A stretch of 64,000 nt of DNA from Polyangiaceae bacterium (GTDB lineage: Bacteria > Myxococcota_A > Polyangia > Polyangiales > Polyangiaceae), in the NCBI GenBank assembly GCA_033763455.1, contig JANRKO010000008.1:40051-104050 (forward strand), given 5' to 3'. Positions 28,786 through 38,460 of this stretch are shown one piece after another; the first letter of the stretch is position 1; every line of letters begins with the position of its first letter. The notes beneath the pieces are model-generated. The model searched no databases, was not told the origin of the DNA, and saw only the letters and a program-made list of their open reading frames with translations. A program made the translations under genes and the position numbers.

Positions 28786-28829
28786 CATTGCTGTTCGGAG
28801 CCCTGTTTTCGTACGCTGAGGCCCCTACT

Positions 28830-29462
28830 TCACTGCACCAACTCCGTAACCCGCGGCAAATCCTGATCTTCCACGGCGCCTTGAATTACGCACCGTAGCT
28901 TTCCTTTCGGATTGAAGAGCAGCTGAACGGGGAGCTCGGGATCGGGCGCGATCCCGACGGATTTTAGCCATTCTTCGCGCGGCGCGCCTTCGGGCAGCCA
29001 GTACGACGCTTCGAGGGGGCCTGAGCTGTCGCTGAGGAAGGTGCGTAGCTGGCGTTCGTCATCGTCCACCGAGATGGTGTGGAGGCGAAAGCCGAGCGAT
29101 TTTTGCCAGCGGATGAGCCGAGGCAATTCTTCTTTGCAGGGCGCACACCAGGCCGCCCAGAGGTTTACCCAAGTCCAGCGGCCACCGCCGATTCTCGGCT
29201 TTTCATTGGTGCGGCCCGAGCTACCGGTGATGCGCACTAGTGCTTGGTCGGGGAAGGGGTCCCCCGTGGATTCGCGAGAGCAGACAGGAACGCGTGCTTT
29301 GGCTGGCTTCTTCGGCTCGGTTGCGGTTGGGGCGGGCACAGGGGCCGCCTCCGCCGTGGCTACTACGCCTTGGCTCCTTGCCTTCGGAGCCATGCTGGGA
29401 GGCGGTGGATCTTCGCAGCCGAGAAGCCCTATGGCTGTAATTACAAACGACAGTCGACCCAA
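28830..29462 (-). CDS. TlpA/ResA-like thioredoxin lipoprotein
   Basis: LLGC lipobox, VNLWAAWCAPCKEELP, ELP cis-Pro loop; start placed at TTG 29462 (ORF extends to 29573). Confidence 0.82.
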   Translation of the reverse strand: MGRLSFVITAIGLLGCEDPPPPSMAPKARSQGVVATAEAAPVPAPTATEPKKPAKARVPVCSRESTGDPFPDQALVRITGSSGRTNEKPRIGGGRWTWVNLWAAWCAPCKEELPRLIRWQKSLGFRLHTISVDDDERQLRTFLSDSSGPLEASYWLPEGAPREEWLKSVGIAPDPELPVQLLFNPKGKLRCVIQGAVEDQDLPRVTELVQ

Positions 29463-30208
29463 GAAACGAACGCGCTGCGATTGATTGCCTCTTCGGCGCA
29501 CTTCTGGTCGGGGCGGGAATTGGTCCATGTGCAGTACTCGTGAGAAAGCTGAGCGTATTCGTTCCCGAGCCATAGCAGGCCCGCTTTTTTCTCGATGTCC
29601 GGATCTTGAGAAACCTCTTTGAGGTGGAACATCACGGAGTTGGCGCGGCGATGGGAGAGCGCGCGATTCTTATCCACGGTGCCCGTTTTTGAGGAGCGGG
29701 AAACGACGAAGAAGTAGCGAGCTCCCCGCCTATCAAACCACTTTTCGTCCAAGAGCTTGGTAGCTGCCTCGTCGAGCTTATCTTCAGCGTTGTCGAACAG
29801 GAGCACAGCTCCGCGATCTTTGAGTGGCGTAAAAAGGGCGTTGAAATCCGCGTCGCTGATGGCGGCAAACGTCTTGATGTCGGCGGGCTTGCAGCCACGC
29901 CGCGTTTCCTCGCTCGCGAGCCCACATGAGTGCAGCACTCGCTCCAGAACCTTCTTGAATTCGGGGGTGCAGTAAGCAAGCTCGGACTGATCAGCAACGG
30001 CTATCTTAGGCTTGTTGGCCTCCGCAGTAGGCGCCGTGAGCCGTTCTTTCGCGCTACCCACGCTTGTTAACACAATCCCCACGGCGGTAAGGGCCGAAGC
30101 AAGGCCAAGCCCCACACCGCCAAGTAGTGCACCCATAGGGATGCCACCTTCTTTAGTGGGGGGTGCTTCGTCGCGGGGCGGGAGTACGGGCATCATGGGG
30201 GCGGTCAT
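29441..30208 (-). CDS. Membrane-anchored OmpA-C-like protein with six cysteines
   Basis: N-terminal TM; LLFD....LD.....LL, SRSSKTG....NRALSHRRANSV...L, INR resemble the OmpA-like fold. Confidence 0.6.
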   Translation of the reverse strand: MTAPMMPVLPPRDEAPPTKEGGIPMGALLGGVGLGLASALTAVGIVLTSVGSAKERLTAPTAEANKPKIAVADQSELAYCTPEFKKVLERVLHSCGLASEETRRGCKPADIKTFAAISDADFNALFTPLKDRGAVLLFDNAEDKLDEAATKLLDEKWFDRRGARYFFVVSRSSKTGTVDKNRALSHRRANSVMFHLKEVSQDPDIEKKAGLLWLGNEYAQLSHEYCTWTNSRPDQKCAEEAINRSAFVSWVDCRL

Positions 30209-31404
30209 GGCAGCACCTCGGGGGCAAGCTTCGAAAGCGTGAACTTTAGACCAATATCCGTGTCTTCCTCACACAACTTCTGGTCGCCGAGAAATACCTG
30301 GGGAGTGGAAACGGGGATCTTGTTCTCGGAAGCAAAGTGCAAGTGCTTGTTCAGCCGCACCTTCGTTTCGCGGCTATTCATGCAATTGCCCACACTGAGG
30401 CCAAAACGCTCGGTCAGCATCGCTTCGAGTGGCTTTGGGCCTCGTTTGCCAGCGGCTACGAGCGCTTCCTGGTTCTTGTAGGCCCAATCCATCGCTTCAC
30501 GCGCCTGATTACCCGTGCACAAGATGGCGCGAGCCACGATGCAGGCTCCGGGATGGAGGGGGTCCGAGAGCATCCAGTTGCACTCGCTATCCAAAGGGAA
30601 AAGCGAGAGCTTGGCATCCAATCGATCGAAAACACCCTCGATTACGAGGCGTTCGTGAAAGGCCTTACACGTCGGACACATCGGATCTTCGAACAATAGT
30701 GCGGATTTCTTGGACAGCGGGGTTTGCAGTGTAATGAGCTCATCCCCTGCTGTGGCTGGCCGTGCGATTTTTCCGCAGTTAGCCAGATAGGGCGTGTGGT
30801 TGGGCGCGGAGGCCGCATAGACTACTGCAGGAAGGAGGGTGAACACTCCCAAGATTGTGAGGCCGGCAAGCGCGAAGGCCATCGCCTCGCCAAGCTTGGC
30901 CTTTGGGGCCGAACGGCTGGCGCTGAGCATCAACACGCCTGCGAGCCCAAGCAGGGCGGAAGCGACGTAGATCCCAACGCACACCTTACACAGGGAGCCG
31001 AGCTTGATCATTGAGATGGTGAACATCAGCGCTGAGGCCAAGAGGGGCGTGAGGGCCGTGAGCCCATACAGCACCAACGTGGGTCGCTTAACCCGTGTTC
31101 CGGCCAAGAGCACATACAGGGAGTAACCTGCGAAGAAGCCGAAGGCACCGAGCGCGAACAGGGAGATGGGCAGGCCGCCCCAGAGCGTGTCCTTGAGTAC
31201 AGCTGAGTAGGGGCTGTACATGGCAGCTCGGCAAGCTTCTGCATCGCTTGTGGGCGGAGCACCAATGATGAGGCTGCAATGTAGATCGTGCACACCACGA
31301 TCTAAGTGCGCGGCGTAGTCAGTGGTTGAAAGAGCCGCAAAGGTTAATCCCAACAATGATCCAACGAGCCCCAACAGGGCTGCTCGCCACGGACGCTGTA
31401 GCAT
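30205..31404 (-). CDS. VKOR-family disulfide bond formation protein fused to a DsbA-like thioredoxin domain
   Basis: VKOR loop Cys pair (CSLIIG...AEAC), S.YS, membrane CKVC; C-terminal FEDPMCPTC, FPLD.ECN, STP cis-Pro. Start uncertain (ORF extends to 31548). Confidence 0.85.
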   Translation of the reverse strand: MLQRPWRAALLGLVGSLLGLTFAALSTTDYAAHLDRGVHDLHCSLIIGAPPTSDAEACRAAMYSPYSAVLKDTLWGGLPISLFALGAFGFFAGYSLYVLLAGTRVKRPTLVLYGLTALTPLLASALMFTISMIKLGSLCKVCVGIYVASALLGLAGVLMLSASRSAPKAKLGEAMAFALAGLTILGVFTLLPAVVYAASAPNHTPYLANCGKIARPATAGDELITLQTPLSKKSALLFEDPMCPTCKAFHERLVIEGVFDRLDAKLSLFPLDSECNWMLSDPLHPGACIVARAILCTGNQAREAMDWAYKNQEALVAAGKRGPKPLEAMLTERFGLSVGNCMNSRETKVRLNKHLHFASENKIPVSTPQVFLGDQKLCEEDTDIGLKFTLSKLAPEVLP

Positions 31405-31537
31405 GACGCGGACGCTGGCCAATTTTGCGCCTAAACGCAAGGGTGGAGGCGCCCCGGGACGCACCAGATATGCCTTTATCGGCTCTTCGGGCCATGAAGA
31501 GCCTGGTCCGTGTGGTGCAGGCATGGTGGAATGACGT

Positions 31538-32719
31538 GTGCGCTCCAATTGGGCTTTGGACCCGCAAGTGGTGTTTCTGAACCATGGCTCCTTTGGCGCC
31601 TGCCCGCGCGAAGTGTTGGCCTGCCAACGGAATTGGCGGGACCAACTGGAACAGGAGCCCGTTCAGTTCTTTCTCAATCAGTATACCAAGGCATTGGATG
31701 AAGCTCGTGCAAAGGCCGCGGCGTTCGTCGGCGCTGCTCCCGAGAACTTCGTGTTCGTGCCGAATGCAACTCACGGCGTGAATGCGGTGCTTGGGTCGAT
31801 TTCGCTTCAACCGGGCGACGAACTGTTAACAACGAACCACGTCTATGGGGCGTGCCTCAACGCCCTCCATGCTGTCAGTGAGCGCTCAGGGGCCCGTGTT
31901 GTTTTGGCCCAGATCCCACTGCCGCTCCAGGATGAAGCGCAGGTGGTTGATGCGATCTTGGAGTGTGTGAACGCGCGCACACGCCTCGCCTTGATTGACC
32001 ACGTTACCAGCGCAACAGGCATCGTGCTGCCGATTGAGGCGATTGTATTGGCGCTGCGATCGCGCGGCGTGGAAGTGTTAGTGGATGGTGCGCATGCGCC
32101 GGGTATGTTGCCGCTTGAGGTCGAAGCACTCGGCGCGGCCTACTACACCGGCAATTTTCACAAGTGGGTGTGCGCTCCCAAAGGATCGGCATTTCTCCAC
32201 GCAAGGCCTGATCTACAAGCCTCACTCCGTCCGTTGGTAGTCAGTCATGGGCGCACGGCTGCGCGCGAGCGGCGCCCGTTTTGGGAGAATTTTGACTGGC
32301 CGGGCACGGCGGATCCGAGTGCGTGGCTGTCGGTGCCGTTTGCGATCGACTATCTGGACAGTTGCTTGCCTCAAGGGTGGCCCGCGGTGCGTGCAGCCAA
32401 TTGTGAGCTCTTGCTCCAGGCGCGGGCTCTTCTATGTGAGAGGCTGAGCGCTGCACCACCCGCTGATGAAAGATTTTTAGGGAGCCTCGCAACTATCCCG
32501 CTCCCTCCAGCGAGCCAAGAGCATTCACGCGTTTCGGCGTTTGACGTGAGCCCGCTGCAGCAAGCGTTGTTCGGTCGTCATAGGATCGAGGTGCCAGTGT
32601 TCGATTGGCCCGGCCCCGAGCAACGTTGGGTGCGTATCTCGGCGCACCTTTACAATGAGCTTTGGGAGTACGAACAGCTTGCCCACGCTCTCGGTGAGGA
32701 GCTTGCTAGAGGGTTGTAG
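31538..32719 (+). CDS. PLP-dependent class V aminotransferase (isopenicillin N epimerase / C-S lyase-like)
   Basis: FLNHGSFGACP, NAT, DHVTS.TG, VDGAHAPG, GNFHKW.CAPKG, RIS.HLYN. Confidence 0.88.
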   Translation: MRSNWALDPQVVFLNHGSFGACPREVLACQRNWRDQLEQEPVQFFLNQYTKALDEARAKAAAFVGAAPENFVFVPNATHGVNAVLGSISLQPGDELLTTNHVYGACLNALHAVSERSGARVVLAQIPLPLQDEAQVVDAILECVNARTRLALIDHVTSATGIVLPIEAIVLALRSRGVEVLVDGAHAPGMLPLEVEALGAAYYTGNFHKWVCAPKGSAFLHARPDLQASLRPLVVSHGRTAARERRPFWENFDWPGTADPSAWLSVPFAIDYLDSCLPQGWPAVRAANCELLLQARALLCERLSAAPPADERFLGSLATIPLPPASQEHSRVSAFDVSPLQQALFGRHRIEVPVFDWPGPEQRWVRISAHLYNELWEYEQLAHALGEELARGL

Positions 32720-32783
32720 GGTGCACAAAACAGCATTGGTGATTAAGTGATCACTCGAGGTTGGTTCTTGCCGAATTCCCTTC

Positions 32784-33059
32784 CTAACCCACGGTAAATA
32801 CTTGCCTGGTTACAGTACCCCAGTGCTTGTCCTCGTATTGATCCTCAGCGAAGTCGGCACCATACGAAGCGATCACCTGTCGCTAGAATGACACCGCATA
32901 TTCCGCACCGGCTATTTGCTTGATCTGCCAATTGCCCGTGTGGCGCGCAAAGATCTTGTGCGCAAAGGCCCTGCCACGCAGCAGGCGCCGCTGTGATGGA
33001 ATGATATAAAACTCGCGCATTTCATTGCCCTCTCCACCTGCCTCACAATATTCTAATTG
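32784..33059 (-). pseudogene. GNAT acetyltransferase remnant (5'-truncated, internal TAG)
   Basis: Manual translation: ...MREFYIIPSQRRLLRGRAFAHKIFARHTGNWQIKQIAGAEYAVSF*RQVIASYGADFAEDQYEDKHWGTVTRQVFTVG*; TAG at 32883-32885 falls where the family usually has FWR. Confidence 0.7.
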
Positions 33060-33071
33060 GTTCCGTTCGAA

Positions 33072-33959
33072 CTAGGGCAATTCGCGGGGCGCCACCGGCG
33101 CGTTCCGACTCGCCTGGCGAGCTCGATAAGCACTCGGCTCAAGCCCGGTGCGCTTTCGGAAAAGACGCGCGAAGTAGCTCGGGTCGTCGATGCCAACCTT
33201 GAGTGCAACTTCTCGGATCGACGCATCGCTGTGTTGAAGGAGATACTCTGCTCTAGAGAGGCGGAGTTCGATGAGATAGTTCATCGGCGAGAGGCCGAAG
33301 CATTCATGGAAAGCGCGACGAATACTACTTTCTGACATGTGCGCTCGCCGCGCGATATCAGTCAAACAAATCGGCTGAGCGAAGTGTACGGTCAACCACT
33401 CTACAACTGCCGAGAGGCGCACCAGCGACTGCGAAGCAGGCGAGGTCATGCGTGTGTATTGTCGCGCCAGATCGACGAGGACGGCGCTGAACAACCCCGT
33501 GGCAGCCACGTCGAATCCAGGCTGGCGCGCTTTGAGCTCCCGTTGCATGGTGTGTATTGTGGTGAGTAATCTCTGAAGATCTTCAGCCGGGAGGGTGAGG
33601 CGGCTCTTGAATCCATGCCGTTGCCGGGCCTGTGGCTCAAGGTTAAATAGAGCGCGGAATCCCGGTAGTCGCGCGAGCTCGGCATCCGGCAGCAGGAGGC
33701 GAGTCGAATCGAACGCGATATTCATGACTTGGAAGTCACGGCAGTTTTCGTAGCCGTGCAGCATTAGGGGTGGGATCACGAACACGTCGCCCATCTCAAT
33801 GGGAAAGGATTCCGCTTGCAGTCGGTGCGTCGCCTTTCCGCGCGTGACCAGTGCGAGCTCCACGGAGTCGTGGCTATGCAGGTCGATTCCAAGCCGGTGC
33901 ACGGCCAGCGATGCCACCAGGGGGAAATCTTTTGGCCCAAAAAGGTTTCGCGTGAACAT
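33072..33959 (-). CDS. AraC-family regulator, RhaR/RhaS-like (cupin plus dual HTH)
   Basis: LHSHDSVEL, GDVFVIPP...HGY, F...FG.SP..YL..LRL, VGIDDPSYFARLFRKRTG..PS.YR. Confidence 0.9.
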   Translation of the reverse strand: MFTRNLFGPKDFPLVASLAVHRLGIDLHSHDSVELALVTRGKATHRLQAESFPIEMGDVFVIPPLMLHGYENCRDFQVMNIAFDSTRLLLPDAELARLPGFRALFNLEPQARQRHGFKSRLTLPAEDLQRLLTTIHTMQRELKARQPGFDVAATGLFSAVLVDLARQYTRMTSPASQSLVRLSAVVEWLTVHFAQPICLTDIARRAHMSESSIRRAFHECFGLSPMNYLIELRLSRAEYLLQHSDASIREVALKVGIDDPSYFARLFRKRTGLEPSAYRARQASRNAPVAPRELP

Positions 33960-34109
33960 CGCGTGAACAGTAGATGTAGCATAGCCCCACCGAGGCAGGC
34001 GCACACGCCGCGGAAGGGAAAATGTGGGCGAGCGGTGCTAGCGGTAGTCATCACTTTGGCGGAATAGTCCGCCTTTGGGCGGATACCTTAAGGCCGTTGA
34101 GGTCTCTGC

Positions 34110-35807
34110 ATGGTGACGCGCACAATTTTTTGGACTTTCTGGTCTCTGACAGCGGCCATGGGTGGCATCGGCTGTTCCGCAACTGCCGAGCGCGCCGGAG
34201 CACGAAACGATCCTGGCGACGTGAGCCTCCCAGATCCTGGCGCAAGCTCCGAGCCCCCGGGATCAGGTCCAGCTGCCCCAGGGCCGGGGACTCCCGACAT
34301 TCCACCGATTTCAGAATCTTCCGTTGGGCCGACTGTTCTGCGCCGACTCACCAACACCGAGTATCGCAACACCGTCAAGGCGTTGCTGCAGCTCCCCACG
34401 GCACCGGAGGCGCCACTCCAGCCAGAATCCTGGAGCCATGGCTTCGACAACTTTGCCGCGGCGCTCAACGTGTCGCCAGCGATTGCGGCGCAGTACGCGG
34501 ATATCGCAAAAAAGCATGCCGCGGACTTCGTGGTGCCAGCGTGCGCGGCCCCCAGTTTGGAGATCGACTGCGCACGCTCCTTCATCGCAAGCTTTGGGAA
34601 GCAGGCGTTTCGTCGTCCCTTAACAGCTGTTGAACAAGAACAGTACGAGGCACTCTATATTTCTGAGCACAGCGTCCGAGGCTATGCGAGTGGCCTTGGG
34701 CAAGTGGTAGAGACGTTCCTGCAGTCACCGCACTTGCTGTATCGTACTGAGCTTGGGGACCCAAATGCAGGAGTCATGCGCGAGCTCACACCCTACGAAG
34801 TGGCGTCAGAGCTCTCCTATTTGCTGACATCATCAATGCCAGACGCGACACTGATGGCCACGGCTGACGCAAATGCCTTGCGAACGCCGCTTGAGATCGA
34901 GCAGCAAGCTCGGCGCTTGATTGCAATGCCAGCGGCGCGCGACTCCGTTCGACATTTTCTGGAAGCGTTCGTGGGCGTAGCTAGGTGGGAGCAGGTTGTG
35001 AAGAACACAACCGTCTACCCAGCGTTCACTGACTCCTTCAGTGCGGCAATGAAGAAAGAAACGGAACACTTCCTGGACAAAGTGCTCTGGGAAGGAGATG
35101 GCACATTCTCCACGCTGATGGCGGCGCCCTACTCGGTGGTTACGGCAGAGCTCGCCGCATTTTACGGAATCCGAGACCAGGGGCAGGGGCCCTCCTTTGT
35201 CACACAGGAGTTGAAGGCTAAAGAGCGCGCGGGGCTATTAACGCACGCTTCAGTTCTCTCTGCTCACTCCCACCTCGACGAATCCTTTCCGATTGCTCGA
35301 GGAAAGTTTGTGCGGGTGGGATTGCTCTGTCAAACCTTGCCGGCGCCTCCCGTCAATGTCGTTATCCAGCGTCCGGATCCGGATCCAACGCAAACCACGC
35401 GCGAGCGTTTCCAGGCGCACTCGTCAGATCCGGGCTGTTCGGGTTGCCATGCATTGATCGATCCTGTGGGATTTGGCCTGGAAAACTACGACGGCATGGG
35501 TCGGTATCGCACCGAAGAAAACGGAAAGCCGGTAGATGCTACCGGAAGTATCACGGGTACCTTGGACATGAATGGCCCATTTTCTGGGGGCGTGGAGCTA
35601 GCAGCGAAGGTTGCATCGAGCCTTGAGGCCAAGCAATGCTTGGCCTTAAACGCGCACCGCTACACCTTTGGGCGCGAAGAAACGGCGGCTGAGGGAGCCG
35701 CCACACGTAACGTCGCCAGCGGTCTGGCCAATGGTGGGATGGACGTTCGGGAGCTCTTGATTGCGCTCACGCGATCTGACGCCTTTAGGCTTCGCACGCA
35801 CCGGTGA
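34110..35807 (+). CDS. DUF1592/DUF1588 (PSD/PSCyt-type) lipoprotein with a heme-c motif
   Basis: GGIGC lipobox, LRRLTN.EYRNTV..LL, AFRRPL, LQSP.LLYR.E, E.AS.LSY, TTRERF..H, CSGCH..IDP.GF.LENYD. Confidence 0.88.
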   Translation: MVTRTIFWTFWSLTAAMGGIGCSATAERAGARNDPGDVSLPDPGASSEPPGSGPAAPGPGTPDIPPISESSVGPTVLRRLTNTEYRNTVKALLQLPTAPEAPLQPESWSHGFDNFAAALNVSPAIAAQYADIAKKHAADFVVPACAAPSLEIDCARSFIASFGKQAFRRPLTAVEQEQYEALYISEHSVRGYASGLGQVVETFLQSPHLLYRTELGDPNAGVMRELTPYEVASELSYLLTSSMPDATLMATADANALRTPLEIEQQARRLIAMPAARDSVRHFLEAFVGVARWEQVVKNTTVYPAFTDSFSAAMKKETEHFLDKVLWEGDGTFSTLMAAPYSVVTAELAAFYGIRDQGQGPSFVTQELKAKERAGLLTHASVLSAHSHLDESFPIARGKFVRVGLLCQTLPAPPVNVVIQRPDPDPTQTTRERFQAHSSDPGCSGCHALIDPVGFGLENYDGMGRYRTEENGKPVDATGSITGTLDMNGPFSGGVELAAKVASSLEAKQCLALNAHRYTFGREETAAEGAATRNVASGLANGGMDVRELLIALTRSDAFRLRTHR

Positions 35808-35831
35808 ACGCATCTCTCGAAAGAAAGGACT

Positions 35832-37214
35832 ATGAGCATGTCGAAAACACTCCTCAGGCGTCGTTCGCTCATCCAGCAGCTTGGGGCGGCCGCTTTCTTG
35901 GCGACTCCTGTGTTTCGCTCTGTTTTGGCCGAGGCTCAAAGCCAAAGCCCCCTGCGGCTGATCCTGGTACACCTGCCCGGGGGTGTGAGCTACCTCTCAC
36001 CCGGGGTGACGGGCCTAGGAATTCTTGATTCGTCGTGGAGTTACAACAAGGTTCTTTCCCCGCTAAAATCGCTGGAATCCGACATCGTCATCTTTGAAGA
36101 CATGTCGTACCCGACCGCGGAGGTGGTGACAACATTCGCGGAAATGGACGGCCACAAGGCGGGCCGCCGTTGCATGTTCACCGGCAGCACTGATCAAGTT
36201 TCGCATGAACTTTCGACTAATCCCTTCGGGCAATCGACGTCTTTGGATCAATTGGTGGCCAATGCTATCGGTATGCGGACAAAATTTGGCTCGCTCAACC
36301 TTGGGGTTCTGACGGAGCGCACCCTCGGCGAATCGGCACGCTGGGTTTGCTTCAACAAAGGGGTTCCGATCGAACCTGTGGGCGACGCCGCTTCCGTCTT
36401 CGCCCGGCTATTTCCCAACGCCACGGCGCCCGTTCCTCCCTCGGGTCAAGTTCCTGATCCCGCAGCAACCGCCGAGATCTTGAGCCTCAGAGCGCGGGGA
36501 CAGAGCCGTCTGGACCAGTTGAAGCGCGAGGTCGCCGCCATCCAGGCAATCGCGGGTGTGGACGAGCGGCAGAAGCTCGACTTGCATCTGACGGCGCTGC
36601 GCGAACTGGAAAACTCGCTGCCCGCCGCGGGCACGGGAGGTCCAGTTTTTCAAGGTGCGGGTTGTTCTGCGCCGAACGTGGGTGCACCTTCGCCTACCGA
36701 TGATCTCGTGGGTACCGGAAGCGCCATGAACGAACTCTTGTACCAAGCTGTGAACTGTGACTTGACGCGCATCGCCACCATTCAATGGCTCTCTTCAGGC
36801 GATGACACAGTGATGTATCCGTGGCTTGGCGTCAACCAATCCCATCACCAGATGGAACACGGCTGGGTGGATGCGGCATCAACTCACGCAGCGTACGACA
36901 AGGTCCAAACCTGGATAGTCGAACAAATTGGCGTGCTTCTGAAGCGCCTCAAGGACACACCTGAAGGCGACGGCAGCATGCTCGACAACTCACTCGTGCT
37001 GGTGATGTCTGAGATGTGGGGAACGCATGAACACGATCCGGTGATTGGCCTTATTGCTGGCAAGGCCGGCGGCGCAGTGCGGACGGGGAGAAGCTTGAAC
37101 GCCGCTCGGGCCCCGCACAACAACATGTTGCTGAGCGTGGCAAACACGATGGGTCTCAACCTGACTAGCTTGGGAGATCCGATGTACTGCACTGGTGCAC
37201 TCAGCCTCGGGTAG
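35832..37214 (+). CDS. DUF1552-family protein with Tat signal
   Basis: RRRSLIQQLGAAAFL Tat peptide, SLDQ.VA, KLD.HL..LRELE, CDLTRIATIQW, HHQMEH, PEGDGSMLDNS. Confidence 0.88.
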   Translation: MSMSKTLLRRRSLIQQLGAAAFLATPVFRSVLAEAQSQSPLRLILVHLPGGVSYLSPGVTGLGILDSSWSYNKVLSPLKSLESDIVIFEDMSYPTAEVVTTFAEMDGHKAGRRCMFTGSTDQVSHELSTNPFGQSTSLDQLVANAIGMRTKFGSLNLGVLTERTLGESARWVCFNKGVPIEPVGDAASVFARLFPNATAPVPPSGQVPDPAATAEILSLRARGQSRLDQLKREVAAIQAIAGVDERQKLDLHLTALRELENSLPAAGTGGPVFQGAGCSAPNVGAPSPTDDLVGTGSAMNELLYQAVNCDLTRIATIQWLSSGDDTVMYPWLGVNQSHHQMEHGWVDAASTHAAYDKVQTWIVEQIGVLLKRLKDTPEGDGSMLDNSLVLVMSEMWGTHEHDPVIGLIAGKAGGAVRTGRSLNAARAPHNNMLLSVANTMGLNLTSLGDPMYCTGALSLG

Positions 37215-37273
37215 TGGCTGGTTCCCGCCCGTGCGGATGATTCTGAGGGGGATCTCGGGCTGGGCGCACAACG

Positions 37274-37732
37274 TTGCTAACCCGGCTGATCGGACGCGCC
37301 GAGCGGCACTTGGCTGAGGACATGCTGCAGCATACGTTCTTGCGCCTTGCCGAGCATGGCCCAGAGCTGCGCGCTGATTCGGATCTGCGCGCGTGGCTAT
37401 TCACGGTGGCGCGCAACGCCTTCCTTGGACAGCTGCGCGGGCGCCGGCTCGTGACCGACAGCTCGAACCTGGAGCTGGTGGCCGACTACTCCCCGGACGC
37501 CGAAGCGCGGCTGATGCTCGGCGACGTCGAGCAGGCGTTAGCCCGGCTGCGCGTTGAAGATCGCGAGCTTTTGCTGCTGGTGGGCGCCGAAGGGCTTGAG
37601 CCTTTGGCAGTCGCGAAGATGCTTGGCATCGAGCCGCCAACACTGCGCAAGCGTCTACAGCGAGCTCGTCACCGTCTGCTACAAGAGCTCGAGCGCTCAA
37701 CACCGCGCGCCGCCAAGGAGGTATCGTCATGA
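37274..37732 (+). pseudogene. ECF sigma factor, apparently 5'-truncated
   Basis: AEDMLQHTF, LRAWLFTVARN and a region-4 HTH are present; region 2.1 is missing, with an in-frame TGA at 37244 and no clear RBS. Confidence 0.6.
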
Positions 37733-37932
37733 GCGAGCCCGATCTGTTGTTGCAACGCCTCCGGGAGCTGCCGCTCGAAGCACCACCCGGGGCGCTTTCC
37801 AAGCAGCTAACTGCCGCCGCCCACGCGCGGCTCGTGCCGCGGAAGGTACATCCAGCGTGGAGCGTGGCGGTCGCCGCATCGGTGCTGGTGTACTTGGGCT
37901 GGGCGCTCGCCTACGCCTGTCATCTGTATTGA
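37729..37932 (+). CDS. Small membrane protein, putative anti-sigma factor
   Basis: ATGA coupling to the sigma gene, AAGGAGG RBS, one C-terminal TM segment. Confidence 0.6.
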   Translation: MSEPDLLLQRLRELPLEAPPGALSKQLTAAAHARLVPRKVHPAWSVAVAASVLVYLGWALAYACHLY

Positions 37933-37955
37933 AACGCGCGCCGGGTTGAGCAAAG

Positions 37956-37983
37956 GCGTGGTTCGGCACTTGGCGAACCACGC
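37956..37983. terminator. 10-bp stem hairpin downstream of the anti-sigma gene
   Basis: GCGTGGTTCG-N8-CGAACCACGC; no U-tract. Confidence 0.35.
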
Positions 37984-38128
37984 ACCCGCCGCAGGCCGTG
38001 CTTCCCTTGGCCGAACCCAACAAACGCAAAGCGAGAGGAGCGGCAACACCCATCCGAGGCAAGCAGTTGCCGAGCGCAAACAAGCTGCCGCCTTCACAGC
38101 TCCAGGCGGACCTCGCTGCACCGCCAGC

Positions 38129-38389
38129 GACGTGAGTGTCGTATTTTCGGGACGGATAGTTGAACATGCCGTGGGGCAAGGGTTGTACGCAGCCAGTAGT
38201 TCTCCGCTACACTCACTTAACTTCTGGGCGCGGGAAAAAACTCAATCGAATGCGGAACTCGACTGTGTTCTGCCTGTCAATGGCAAGCTGATCCCCGTTG
38301 AAGTGAAGTCGGGAGCGAGTGGTCGCCTGCGATCCCAGCATGCGTTCGTCGACGCATCCCCGCACTCAACTGCCGTCAGGCTGTATGGC
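38129..38389 (+). pseudogene. C-terminal remnant of an AAA_14/DUF4143 ATPase
   Basis: G.IVEHAVGQ.L...LNFWARE...NAELD.V....G.LIPVEVKSG..G.LRS matches the DUF4143 C-terminus; no Walker A region upstream. Confidence 0.72.
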
Positions 38390-38460
38390 ACAAACCAGAC
38401 CTACATTTTCCCACAAGGGGACGCCGCAATCTGCTATGACGCCCGGCCGAGGAACCAGAT

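Noticed and set aside
6365..32719. Ergothioneine pathway (EgtC-like Ntn protein plus EgtE-like PLP enzyme)
   Set aside because: The genes are about 24 kb apart, the Ntn protein lacks its nucleophile, and no egtB/egtD is visible.
32784..33959. Amber read-through or pyrrolysine AraC-GNAT fusion through in-frame TAGs
   Set aside because: The GNAT part lacks its N-terminal half, TGG to TAG is a simple transition, a shared frame has a one-in-three chance, and TAG is an ordinary stop throughout the window.
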